DNA of 64,000 nucleotides, taken from assembly GCA_965223545.1 (NCBI GenBank), contig OZ245006.1:1408001-1472000 (forward strand), in the 5' to 3' direction. Under the pieces are notes generated by a model that was not told the origin of the DNA, did not search any database, and was given only the letters and a program-made list of their open reading frames with translations. Origin of the DNA: Planctomycetota bacterium (GTDB taxonomy: Bacteria > Planctomycetota > UBA1135 > UBA2386). Below are positions 30,208 through 39,891 of this stretch, piece by piece (the stretch's first letter is position 1; each line of letters begins with the position of its first letter). The translations under genes and the position numbers were made by a program.

Positions 30208-30489
30208 ATGAAGCTGACCGCCCCCTCCCGTCTCGCGGCGACCGCCGCCCTGTTGGCCTGCTCGGCAGGCTGCGTCTGCGACCCGCCGCACCGCCGCACC
30301 GCGCCGATGCACTCCCCCACCCCGCCCCGGGCCGACGTGCGCGCCGCGGCCGAGGCCATCGACCGCGCCGACCACCTCCTGAAGGACGGCTTGCGGCGCT
30401 TGGAGCAAGCGACGCGCGCACTGCGCGCGATGAGTGCCGAATGCGCGTCCCCGGCGGCTGCGACGCGCGGCCGTTGGGTCGACGCCTGA
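30208..30489 (+). CDS. Small hypothetical lipoprotein
   Basis: MKLTAPSRLAATAALLACSAGC signal/lipobox-like start followed by a helical segment. Confidence 0.45.
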   Translation: MKLTAPSRLAATAALLACSAGCVCDPPHRRTAPMHSPTPPRADVRAAAEAIDRADHLLKDGLRRLEQATRALRAMSAECASPAAATRGRWVDA

Positions 30490-30606
30490 CACGCCGGCCG
30501 CGCGCGGCAACGCGGTACGAGTCTTTGTCGCGGATTTGATCGACCATCGCCGAGCCGCCAGACGGGTTCCTTCCATCGCCTTGCTCCAAGGAAACAGGAA
30601 CCCCAG

Positions 30607-32316
30607 ATGATGAAGCTCCTCCGCGGGGCGGGCTGGGCGGCGGCCGCAATCGCGCTCGCCGCCACCGCTCCCGCACAGGGCCGCGACAAAGCCGCCCACA
30701 TCCTGCGTCGCATCACGTTCGGGCCGACGCCCGCACTGGTCGAGCAACTCGCGGCCAGCCAGTCCGCGGTCGACGCGTATTTGAACGCGCAGCTGAATCC
30801 GCAGCCCGAGAACCAGGTCACCACCAACCTGCTTGCCCTCGTCCCCACACCCCCGACGAACCTGCAGGAGTTGCGACAGCACCAGGTGATTCGGGCGACG
30901 TTCAGCGACAACCAGCTGCGCGAGGTCATGACCTACTTCTGGGAGCGGCACCTCAACACCAACTACCTCAGCGTCAACTCGACCGTCAACTCGACGGTGT
31001 TCGGCGGTACCGAAGCCGACACGGCACGGATCGAGTGGGAAGAGCACGACCTGCTGCGCAACGAGGCGCTGGGCACCTTCTATCAGCTGCTGCGCATCAG
31101 CGCGGGCTACGACACGGGGGCTGCGTTCTGGGTCGGCGGTTCCTCGATGCGGATCTACCTGAACCTGTGGAACAGCCGGTGTCCGAACAACTCCGGGACA
31201 CCGAACGAGGACTACGCGCGCGAGCTCCTCGAGCTCCACACCGTAGGTCCGGTCGATCTCGAGAACCAACCCAACTACGTCCACAGCGACATCGAGGCCG
31301 TCGCGGACATCTTCTCCGGGTGGACCGTCGACTACTCGGACCCGATGAACGCAGCGACGTTCCTCAAGTCGTACTTCGACGCAGCCAACCACTGCACGAA
31401 CTCGCCGACCTTCACCGGCACCGCAGTGCAGAGCATCTCGATCACATCGTCGGGAGCCGCGCAGGGTGACGATCTGCTGTGGCAGTTGTCCAACCTCGAC
31501 GCCACCAAGCTGTTCGTCTGCCGCAAGCTGATCAACTTCTTCCTGCGCGAAGACGCCGATCGGCAGTTCATCGACTTCACGGTGAGCCCGCCGGTGCCCA
31601 AGCCGGGCCAGATGCTCGACAACTGCATCCAGGCGTGGGGTAGCAGCGGCGGCGACATCACCGCCGTGCTGAGCGCGATCTTCGCCGACAACTCGTTCCA
31701 AAACAGCGACGACTACCGCTGGTCGGGCATCAAGATGCCGATCGAGCTCGTCGTCGGCCAGGTGCGCGCGACCTACATCGACGACGACCTGTCATTCCCC
31801 CGCGGTGGCGCCTCGGGAACACCGGACAGCGATGCCGAACGCCTTGACGGCGTCGACGCGATGATCACGTCGATCGATCGCTTGGGTCAGGACCTGTTCA
31901 CGTATCCGGCTCCGGACGGCTACTCCGCCGCCGCCTTGGACCAGCCCGGCAGCCAGAAGTACATCGACGTGATCGACGACGTCCTCGGACTCTACGAGGA
32001 CTGGACGGCGACAGGTTATCCCAACGGCTTCGACTACGACCTGGTCGCAGTCATCGCGACCAGCATGGACACGTACGTCCCCGGCGGCCAGGAGCTCGAC
32101 CCCGACGACGTCGCCACGTTCTTGCTGACCATGCTCTACCAGAGCGAGTTCAGCATGGACGACCACTTCCGGGTGAGCCTGTTCGTCGACGAACCGCCGA
32201 ACGGCGGTCCCCTCCGCCCGCTGAGCACGGTCATCCCGGGATCGAACTCCCACCACAAACGGATCCTCCTGACCACCGGCTACACCCAGGCCAAACCCCA
32301 AGGATTCAAGAAGTAG
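30607..32316 (+). CDS. DUF1800 family protein
   Basis: AHILRRITFGP, QLREVMTYFWERH, M.IYLN, PNEDYARELLELHTVG, IKMPIEL, LGQDLF..P.PDG; N-terminal signal peptide. Confidence 0.88.
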   Translation: MMKLLRGAGWAAAAIALAATAPAQGRDKAAHILRRITFGPTPALVEQLAASQSAVDAYLNAQLNPQPENQVTTNLLALVPTPPTNLQELRQHQVIRATFSDNQLREVMTYFWERHLNTNYLSVNSTVNSTVFGGTEADTARIEWEEHDLLRNEALGTFYQLLRISAGYDTGAAFWVGGSSMRIYLNLWNSRCPNNSGTPNEDYARELLELHTVGPVDLENQPNYVHSDIEAVADIFSGWTVDYSDPMNAATFLKSYFDAANHCTNSPTFTGTAVQSISITSSGAAQGDDLLWQLSNLDATKLFVCRKLINFFLREDADRQFIDFTVSPPVPKPGQMLDNCIQAWGSSGGDITAVLSAIFADNSFQNSDDYRWSGIKMPIELVVGQVRATYIDDDLSFPRGGASGTPDSDAERLDGVDAMITSIDRLGQDLFTYPAPDGYSAAALDQPGSQKYIDVIDDVLGLYEDWTATGYPNGFDYDLVAVIATSMDTYVPGGQELDPDDVATFLLTMLYQSEFSMDDHFRVSLFVDEPPNGGPLRPLSTVIPGSNSHHKRILLTTGYTQAKPQGFKK

Positions 32317-32325
32317 GAGAAGCCA

Positions 32326-33891
32326 ATGGTTCGAATCAATCGCAGAGACTTCGTCCGCTACGGCGCTCTCGGAGCCGCCGCGGGACACATGGCGCACATC
32401 CTGAACTCGCCCGCCGCGGCCGCGGCGGCGAGCGCGGGAATGCACCAGAACCCCTGGTTCGGCACGCCGAAGTTGCTCTGCATCTTCTTGCGGGGCGGCA
32501 ACGACGCGGTGAACACCGTCATCCCCGTCGGGCCCGGATCCGGCTACGACGACGCGAGGAACGAGAACAACGGACTCGTCAACGGCAGCGCCTGGGTCGA
32601 CCCGGCGACGGCCTTGCCACTCAGCGGCACTACCTACGGCGCGCTGCATCCCAGCCTGCACCGGCTGGTCGGCCCCACCGACAAGGGGCGGATTGCGTAC
32701 TTGCACGCCGTCGGCAGCGTGTTCCCATCGCGCTCGCACTTCCTGGAGATGCAGAAGCTCGAGACCGCGCGAGATCAGGATCCCAACGATCCCGCCGACT
32801 TCCTCGAGACCGAGGGATTCGCGGCGCGCGCGGCGGAGATCAAAGGCGGCACGAACGCCCTGCGCGGCGTGAGCATCGCGCGCGGTGGCATCCAGCAGAT
32901 GTTCTCCTCGACGCAGGCCGACCGCGTCATGGTGCACATGAGGCTGATGAACAACTACGACATCGGCCCATGGACCTACCACGACCGCATCCGTGGCACG
33001 GCGGGAACTCCGGGCAGCGGCTTGGCCGGGGCCTTCGACCAAGACGAGACCGCGGGCCATACGATCGAGTACGCCGAATCCGACCAGCTCCTCCGCACGA
33101 CCGGCCGGGTGATGCTGAACAGCGAAACCGGCATCAAGAACCAAGCGAGCTGGCTCTACGGCCAAGACAACCACAACGAGAGGAGGTACCCAACCAGCTT
33201 TCAGGACCTGATCGACCAGGGCTACGTGGTGTTGCAGAACAACATCTACGTGCCGAACGGCGACGTGTCGGCCGTGGATCCGAGCAAGTCGGTGTTCGAC
33301 CACCCGCAGAGCTACGCGTTCATGCGCGACTGCGAGGAGGCCAAGACGCTGTTGCAACGGACGACCACGAGGTTTGTCGGCATCGACCTCGGTGGCTTCG
33401 ACACGCATCTGAACCAGGTCGACAGGCACGCCGATCTGCTCGCAATCCTCAGCCGCGGCGTCAAGTCGGTCTACGTCGACACCCGCAACGACTCGTTCCT
33501 GAACCTGATCATCCTCGTGGTGACCGAGTTCGGCCGTACGAACTTCGCCAACGGCAGCGACGGCACCGACCACGGGGTCGGGACCCTGTTCTTCGCAGTC
33601 GGCAAGAGCACCGACGTGATCAACGGCGGGCTCTACAACTGCAAAGACCCCGCCGGCACCGGGCTCGGCGCTGACTGGGTGCCACTGACGGCGAGCAACC
33701 CGACGCCCTACGAGGACGCGGTGCCCACCGCGACCTCGTGGGAGACCGTGCTCGCGGAGATCTGCCGCAAGCACTTCGCCATGAGTCACGCGCAGACCAA
33801 CACCGTGGTCCCGCACTACACGGCGAGGATCAAGAACACGCCAGCAGGCCAACCGGCCGACCCCTACAGCATGCTCAACTTCTTGCCTTAG
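32326..33891 (+). CDS. DUF1501 family protein, Tat-exported
   Basis: RRDFVR Tat motif, IFLRGGNDAVNTVIP, RSHF, GGFDTH, TEFGRT, GTDHG; AGGAG ribosome site upstream. Confidence 0.9.
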   Translation: MVRINRRDFVRYGALGAAAGHMAHILNSPAAAAAASAGMHQNPWFGTPKLLCIFLRGGNDAVNTVIPVGPGSGYDDARNENNGLVNGSAWVDPATALPLSGTTYGALHPSLHRLVGPTDKGRIAYLHAVGSVFPSRSHFLEMQKLETARDQDPNDPADFLETEGFAARAAEIKGGTNALRGVSIARGGIQQMFSSTQADRVMVHMRLMNNYDIGPWTYHDRIRGTAGTPGSGLAGAFDQDETAGHTIEYAESDQLLRTTGRVMLNSETGIKNQASWLYGQDNHNERRYPTSFQDLIDQGYVVLQNNIYVPNGDVSAVDPSKSVFDHPQSYAFMRDCEEAKTLLQRTTTRFVGIDLGGFDTHLNQVDRHADLLAILSRGVKSVYVDTRNDSFLNLIILVVTEFGRTNFANGSDGTDHGVGTLFFAVGKSTDVINGGLYNCKDPAGTGLGADWVPLTASNPTPYEDAVPTATSWETVLAEICRKHFAMSHAQTNTVVPHYTARIKNTPAGQPADPYSMLNFLP

Positions 33892-33908
33892 CAGTCCGGC
33901 CGGCGGCG

Positions 33909-36512
33909 TCACCGCACCGTGAGCTGTTCGGTTGTCACCGTCGGCGTCAGGGTCTGAGGCGTGCGCTGCTCGGCGATGACGAACTCCGCCGGCTCAGGTG
34001 TGATCCTTCGCCGCTCGTCGCCGGCCTGCACCTGCCAAGACCACGAGTAGCGGCCGGGCTCCGCGACCTGCCACCGCGCCCGCCCATCCGCGTCGATCTT
34101 CGCGCTCAGGCCCGACAACCACGGCACTGCGCCAGACTGCGAGCGCGAGCTTCCCCGACTGCGCACGACGTAGCTCGCGTCGGTGGCGAACGACGAATCG
34201 AGGCGGTGCAGGATGACCTCGACCTGGTGCCCGGCCGGCACGGCCACGCCGGCCGGGAGCTGCAGGGTCACGTCGAGGGCGGGCGGCAAGACGATGCGCT
34301 CACCGTCGCGCACGCCGGCAACGCGGCGGGCACGGTATCCTTTCGCGGTCACCAGCAAATCGATCACGGGGTGCGAAGTCACGACGATGCCGCGCCCCAC
34401 CGTCACGGGCACCCCGCCGATCGTCGCGCCATCGCCGGTCTGCTTGCCGGCCGGCAACAGATACGCGTCCGCGGACGCCACCGGCTGGCCGCTCTCGTCG
34501 ACGACGTCGAACGCGATGGCTCGCACCTCCGCCGAGGGCTCGAGCGCGCCGACGTCAGTGGTTTCGCCCGCGACGACCGACACCCGCTCCAACCGGGCGA
34601 TCGGCGCGTCGTGGCCGAGCAGCCGCAGCTCGACGTCGTAGTCCCCGGCGGTGAGCGGATCGAGCCGGAATTTGCCGTCGTGCGACGTCGTCCGCTCGCT
34701 CTCCTCGCCATCGCGCCGCAGCGCCCGCGCCTCGACGATCGGATCGGCCAGCGCGGCGGGCAGCGTCAGCGAACCGGTGAGCACGCCGCCGCGCGCCAGC
34801 TCGATGCGCACTCCCTGCGCTCCCGCGGTGACGGGCTGTCGCTCCCCGTCGAGAAAACCACTCGCCGTCGCCTGCACGAACAGCGCACCGCTCGGCGCCG
34901 CGCCGCGAACCTCGAACGCACCGTCATCGCCGGTGCGCGCACTGCCGCCGTGGACATCGTCGAAGTAGAACTGATCGGCGCGCGCACCGTACGCCTTCTT
35001 CTGTTCCACCGAGACGCGCGCGCCCGACACCGCCTCGCCCGCCGCATCCACGACCGAGCCCGCGACCAACAGAGGAACGGCGATCAGCCGGTGCTCGCCG
35101 AGATTGTTCTCCCCCGGCCGCAGTGGGGGCACTGCGAGTTCGAGCGAGAGGCCGTCACTGGCGTCACTCAGCTGCAGCGTGCGCTCGGCCTGCAAGTCGA
35201 ACCCTTCGTGGGTCGAGAAGTAGATCCAACCGTCGGCGTTGGTGCTGGCAGAGAACGAGCTCGTCGACGTGCTGTTTCCCGACGACGTCCGGTTCAACAC
35301 GTCAAAACGGCGTTCGGCCGCGGGCTCACCACTCGGCAGCAGCAGCCGAAGCGCGAGCTGAGGCTCGGTGTGGACGGTGGGGATGCGCACCACGACCTCG
35401 CCACCCTCGACGCGCGGTCCCTCCGCGGTCGCCTCGAACGCATCGGAATCGCCAGCCAAGTGGACCCGCAGCCGCAAGGCCTGCCCGAGCCCGACCCAAT
35501 CGAACACGGCCCGCCCGGACTCGAGCGGGGCACGCAGTGACGCGCGCTGTCGCGGCACGACCTGGTGCGTGGGGACCGATAAACGGACGGTTCCCCCCTC
35601 GAGGCGCTCGGGCTGCGGGTGCTCGGCGATCACCACGACGCGACCACACGGCGGCAGCGTGATCACCACCGGCTCGGCGGGCAGGGCGGTGCCCTCCACG
35701 GCGACGGACTCCAACCGCAGGGCTGCGGGGATCGACAGTCCGCCGGGCAAGCGACCGTCCGCAGTCCGCGCGCCCGCCGCCGCCAGCCGTTGGGCGACGT
35801 CGGTCACCACCCAACGCCCATCGGCCGGATCGGTCTCGCCGCGCGCGGCCACCCTGCCGTCCCCCTTGCCATCCGCCCACAACCACACCGGGGCTCCCAA
35901 CGCGGGACGACCGAGCGAATCGCGCACTTCGACCGTGAGCGTCGTCCGCGAGGACAGCCACAGGTCCAGCGTTCCGGTCTGTCGGGGCTCGAACTCGACC
36001 CACCCGACGGCGGCGGCGGCGCCGCTTCCGGTGCGCGCCCCCACGAAGACCGGCGAGGGCTCTTCGACCCGCGGCTCGGGGACCGAAGCCGTCGCGTCCG
36101 CGTTCAGCCGCAGCGGCGTGCCGTGCCGTTCCAACCATGCCAGCAGGTCGGCCTCTTGCTCGCTGGGGTAGTCCAAACCGCCCTCCGAGCTCGGGACGAA
36201 GAACCAGGCCCGCGCATCGACCGCGGGAGCGCCGCTTTCTGCCAACCGAACCCGGACCCGTCGCGCACCCTTCGGGGAAGCCGCCACGTTCGCGCCCGTG
36301 CCCGGTTCGGGCGCCGCTTCACGACGAGCCGCGGGCGCAGGATCGACGGCGGAGCCGCCCGCGAGGCGGGTCGGAGCCTCCTCTTCGACCGACGCCACCG
36401 GCTTTGGCACGACCGCGGGTGCCGGTCCCCCGCCCGCCTCGAACCAGCCGAGAGCCACCGCCGCCCCGAGAGCGGCCAGCAGCAGGAGAACGACAAGCAC
36501 GGCAAACCTCAT
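33909..36512 (-). CDS. Membrane-anchored protein with carboxypeptidase-regulatory-like (Ig/Cna-B-like) repeats
   Basis: N-terminal hydrophobic anchor; repeats such as GSVVDAAGEAVSGARV, TGDDGAFEVRG, DGKFRLDPLTAGDYDV. Confidence 0.8.
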   Translation of the reverse strand: MRFAVLVVLLLLAALGAAVALGWFEAGGGPAPAVVPKPVASVEEEAPTRLAGGSAVDPAPAARREAAPEPGTGANVAASPKGARRVRVRLAESGAPAVDARAWFFVPSSEGGLDYPSEQEADLLAWLERHGTPLRLNADATASVPEPRVEEPSPVFVGARTGSGAAAAVGWVEFEPRQTGTLDLWLSSRTTLTVEVRDSLGRPALGAPVWLWADGKGDGRVAARGETDPADGRWVVTDVAQRLAAAGARTADGRLPGGLSIPAALRLESVAVEGTALPAEPVVITLPPCGRVVVIAEHPQPERLEGGTVRLSVPTHQVVPRQRASLRAPLESGRAVFDWVGLGQALRLRVHLAGDSDAFEATAEGPRVEGGEVVVRIPTVHTEPQLALRLLLPSGEPAAERRFDVLNRTSSGNSTSTSSFSASTNADGWIYFSTHEGFDLQAERTLQLSDASDGLSLELAVPPLRPGENNLGEHRLIAVPLLVAGSVVDAAGEAVSGARVSVEQKKAYGARADQFYFDDVHGGSARTGDDGAFEVRGAAPSGALFVQATASGFLDGERQPVTAGAQGVRIELARGGVLTGSLTLPAALADPIVEARALRRDGEESERTTSHDGKFRLDPLTAGDYDVELRLLGHDAPIARLERVSVVAGETTDVGALEPSAEVRAIAFDVVDESGQPVASADAYLLPAGKQTGDGATIGGVPVTVGRGIVVTSHPVIDLLVTAKGYRARRVAGVRDGERIVLPPALDVTLQLPAGVAVPAGHQVEVILHRLDSSFATDASYVVRSRGSSRSQSGAVPWLSGLSAKIDADGRARWQVAEPGRYSWSWQVQAGDERRRITPEPAEFVIAEQRTPQTLTPTVTTEQLTVR

Positions 36513-36682
36513 GACGCGTTCGCGAGAATACCCCGCACCGATCACCGCACCGTCAGTGCCCCGATCGAAAAGGGCGTTTCTCCCTACGGTGCTTCCGGAC
36601 CGCAGACAGCTCGCGGCCAGGACTGGCCACTGCTGCACTGCGCCCGATCGCCTCCCCGCCACCCACCCCTCTCTTCAACGCC

Positions 36683-37990
36683 ATGCTCCACCGTCCCCTC
36701 GGTCTCCTGCTCGCCCTCACCCTGCCCGTGGCCGGATGCACGGTCATGCAGCCGGTCATGGCTCCCGTCCCGATCGCGCTCGCTACCGGCACACCGCAGG
36801 ACCCGGAGCCGCGAACCCAGGAGCCGACCAAGAGCAAGCCGGCCGAGCGCGAGTGGGACACCGACGAGTGGCGCTGCGAGTGGGACCGCGAGGACTGGGA
36901 GGACCGCGACTGGTACGAGCGCGACGACGAGTGGGACCGGCGCCGCTCCATCGACGACGAATGGGACGACGACGACGAGGACGGCCGTCCGTACTACTGG
37001 AACATCGGCCTCGGCATCGATGGCCACGGCATCGGCTTCGGCAACTCGCGCGATTGGGCCGGCCTGCGGATCAACTTCCGCGACCACGGCGCCGACGCCG
37101 TACACGGCATCAACCTGACCCTCGGCCGGCCGGCGGACCGCGCCGTGCGCGAGCTCGACGGTTTGGCGATCGGCATCGCGACCCGCGCGCACCGCATGCG
37201 CGGCATCACTCTCGGCGCGCTCGCCGCCACCGCCGGGCAGTCCTTCGACGGCATCCAACTCGGCGGTTTGGCAACCGTGTCGGACGGAGCGATGCGGGGC
37301 ATCAACATCGGTGGCCTGGCGACCGTCAGCGAATCCGAGATGGCCGGCATCAACATCGGTGGCCTGGCCACGGTCAGCGACGGCGAGATGGCGGGAATCA
37401 ACCTCGGCGGCCTCGCCACCGTCGCCGACGGGGAGCTGTCCGGCATCAACATCGGCGGCTTGGCAGTGGTCTCCGACGCCGGCACCTCGGGCATCAGCGC
37501 CGCCGGCCTGGCGACGGTTTCGGATCGCGACTTGGTCGGGCTCAACCTCGCCGGTCTCGCCGTGGTCGGCGAGGAAGAGCTCACCGGCATCAGCGTCGCG
37601 GGCCTGGCCGCCGTCAGCGATCACGAGGTCACCGGGATCGCCGTCGCCGGCTTGGCAGTGGCTGCCGGTTCGCCGCGGTGGCGCGACTTCGATCCGACCC
37701 GCAGCCTGCGCGGCTCGAGCGAGGCGACCGGCATCCTGTTGGCCGGCTACCGCGTGCAGGCCCACACGATGACCGGCGTGGCGGTTGCCGGCATGATGAA
37801 CCGGGCGCACGATTTGGACGGCATCGGCGTCGCCGCCTACAACGCGGTCAGCGGCCGGCAGAACGGGCTCACCGTCGGCGTGTTCAACCACGCCCGCGAC
37901 CTGCGCGGCGTGCAGATCGGGCTGCTCAACTACGTCGGCTCGAACCCCTGGCCGCTGCGGTTGCTGCCGCTGATCAACGCGCGGTTCTGA
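36683..37990 (+). CDS. Lipoprotein with ~15-residue glycine-rich solenoid repeats (LA_2272-like)
   Basis: Lipobox VAGC; tandem GINIGGLATVS.GEMA repeats; C-terminal GVQIGLLNY...LPLINARF. Confidence 0.8.
   Translation: MLHRPLGLLLALTLPVAGCTVMQPVMAPVPIALATGTPQDPEPRTQEPTKSKPAEREWDTDEWRCEWDREDWEDRDWYERDDEWDRRRSIDDEWDDDDEDGRPYYWNIGLGIDGHGIGFGNSRDWAGLRINFRDHGADAVHGINLTLGRPADRAVRELDGLAIGIATRAHRMRGITLGALAATAGQSFDGIQLGGLATVSDGAMRGINIGGLATVSESEMAGINIGGLATVSDGEMAGINLGGLATVADGELSGINIGGLAVVSDAGTSGISAAGLATVSDRDLVGLNLAGLAVVGEEELTGISVAGLAAVSDHEVTGIAVAGLAVAAGSPRWRDFDPTRSLRGSSEATGILLAGYRVQAHTMTGVAVAGMMNRAHDLDGIGVAAYNAVSGRQNGLTVGVFNHARDLRGVQIGLLNYVGSNPWPLRLLPLINARF
37200..37660 (+). repeat. In-frame ~45-bp coding tandem repeats
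   Basis: GGCATCAACATCGGTGGCCTGGC recurs at 45-bp spacing and encodes the 15-aa repeat. Confidence 0.85.
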
Positions 37991-37999
37991 CCGAGCCCT

Positions 38000-39260
38000 T
38001 CTCGTCGCACAAGACAAGCCAGCCTAGAAGGCCAGAAACAAAGGCACGTAAGCCACGCCTCGGGAGTTGGAAGTCGCACGGCGAGGGTCCGTTGCTCGAC
38101 GGACGCGCGACGGGGACTGAGGCGAGGACGTGAGCCGGCTTGGGTCCCCGCGCTCGGGCGCAAAGGAGCCCCAAAGGCGAAGTCATGGAAACTGAACACC
38201 ATTGGATTGAGACCCCAAGGAGACAGGACTTGCCTAGTTGCCTGAAGATTGTCAACATACAAGACGACGTCTCAGTTGACTGCGTCGACAGTGGCGACGG
38301 CCAGTTGACTGAGCTCACCGGGACCGCGCGCAGCTTTTCCAAAGGCCAGGATTATGGACAATACCGTCACACCCGACACTCGCGCCCTACAACCGTTCGA
38401 GCCGGCTTATGTTTGTCCCCACTGTCACGCTTTCGCTCAACAGGAATGGACCCAGTGCGGAATCGACCTCCTTAATGGCGGGACCGAAGGAGAGGCCGAC
38501 CTCTCCCTTGTCTCGTACGCTGCGGGAAAGTGCCTGTCCTGCAGCAAGCACACACTCTGGAGTTGGGGCGGCATAGCAGGGACCATCCCACTTCCTAGAG
38601 GAACTAGAAGAACTACCGCACACCAACTTCTCATTCCGCCAACTTCTACGGCACCGACATGCCACCCCGAGACTCCGGAACAAGTAGCGAAGTGCTACCG
38701 GGAGGCGGCGCTAGTATATCCTCACTCTCCTCGTTCGGCTGCAGCACTACTACGACTTGGGCTGCAACATCTGTGCGTAGAGCTTGGGGGAAAGGGAGAC
38801 AACATTAACACCGACATCGCAGCGCTTGTGGGCCAAGGACTTCCGCAGAAGATCCAAAAGGCTTTGGATACCTTAAGAGTGATTGGGAATGAAGCAGTAC
38901 ATCCGGGGGTAATTGACACAGACGACGCAGCAATCGTCAAAGGCTTGTTCGGCATAATGAACAGCGTCGTCGAGTTTATGATTTCACAACCAAGAAGAGT
39001 CGAAGAATTATACAATAGCCTTCCAGCCAAGAAGCGCGAAGCTATCGAAAACCGGGACTCAAAGCCACCCCACTCGGAAGAAGTCTGAAGTTTTCCAATA
39101 AGCCGACTGCAAGCCTGCCTAATCCAGATACTCCAGATTACCGATAGGTGAGCATATATCCCAAAGACGTTCCGTCACTCTCGATTCAGACAGTTTCGCA
39201 AGGCCCTAAGGAGCCTGCCGCGACTAACTCGGAGTCAAGCCACGTAGGGGTTAGAAGTGG
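38000..39260. other. Low-GC islet, probably horizontally acquired
   Basis: Abrupt shift to A/T-richer sequence and A/T-ending codons (CTA, TTA, AGA, ATA), with long non-coding flanks. Confidence 0.75.
38354..39088 (+). CDS. Zn-ribbon plus DUF4145 (HEPN superfamily) protein
   Basis: CPHC...CLSC, YREA, SPRSAAALLRLGLQHLC, LRVIGNEAVHPG. Confidence 0.88.
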   Translation: MDNTVTPDTRALQPFEPAYVCPHCHAFAQQEWTQCGIDLLNGGTEGEADLSLVSYAAGKCLSCSKHTLWSWGGIAGTIPLPRGTRRTTAHQLLIPPTSTAPTCHPETPEQVAKCYREAALVYPHSPRSAAALLRLGLQHLCVELGGKGDNINTDIAALVGQGLPQKIQKALDTLRVIGNEAVHPGVIDTDDAAIVKGLFGIMNSVVEFMISQPRRVEELYNSLPAKKREAIENRDSKPPHSEEV

Positions 39261-39329
39261 GCAGCAGCGCCAAACTCCGGGCGTTTTGCCGCGCTCCGAC
39301 CGCCGACCGCCCGTCGTATCGTTCGCATC

Positions 39330-39872
39330 ATGCGCATCCCAACGATCTGCCTCGGCCTGACCGCGGTCGCGGTCACGGCCCTCGCCGCAACCCGCGCACC
39401 CCGCGCCCCGCTGCCGCACCCGCACTTTTCCAAGAAGGTCGTCGTCGAGCTCAGCGACGACCTCACCATCACCGTCAGCCACATCACCGTGCCGTTCAGC
39501 GCCAAGCGCGCCGCGGACCTGCCGGCCGGCGGTTCGTGGCATCTCGGCAACGCCCACATCGAGACCACCGCCCCGATCTCCGTCGGCGGCGTCGAGGTGG
39601 CGGCGGGCAAGCACGCGATCAAGGCGTCCAAGCTGCTCGAGGGCGGCTGGGAGCTGGTGCTCGACGCCCCCGGCAGATTCCAACGCCAGATCTCCGACGC
39701 CGGCGTTCCGCTGACGACCGAGTTCGAGAAGGGCACGACCGTGTACGAGCACCTGTCGATCGACGTGCAGCCCGCCGGCGACAAGGAGAACACCCGGCTG
39801 TGGCTCGACGTCCGCTTCGACGCGATGCTGGCGCGGGTGCCGATCGAGATTCCGGCCGGCAAGGACAAGTAG
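39330..39872 (+). CDS. Secreted DUF2911-like protein
   Basis: Signal peptide; ITVSH, WHLG, IETTAPISVGGVEVAAGKHAI, GWELVL, YEHLSID. Confidence 0.6.
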   Translation: MRIPTICLGLTAVAVTALAATRAPRAPLPHPHFSKKVVVELSDDLTITVSHITVPFSAKRAADLPAGGSWHLGNAHIETTAPISVGGVEVAAGKHAIKASKLLEGGWELVLDAPGRFQRQISDAGVPLTTEFEKGTTVYEHLSIDVQPAGDKENTRLWLDVRFDAMLARVPIEIPAGKDK

Positions 39873-39891
39873 CGCGCCGCCGCAGCAGTGC

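Noticed and set aside
37200..37660. Regularly spaced repeats as a CRISPR array
   Set aside because: The period is 45 bp, in frame and degenerate at third codon positions, with no unique spacers and no cas genes. It is a protein repeat.
38140..38475. Small ORFs in the islet's left flank as an antitoxin partner
   Set aside because: No recognisable motif, ribosome site or coding bias, and the ORF overlaps the DUF4145 gene out of frame.
39190..39260. attC site or IS end at the right flank of the low-GC islet
   Set aside because: The CTAAC...GTTAG stem is too short for attC and fails the core consensus. The IS-end-like text has no matching partner or transposase. The AAGCCACG...GTT.GAAGT similarity to ~38050 is too weak to call an att duplication.
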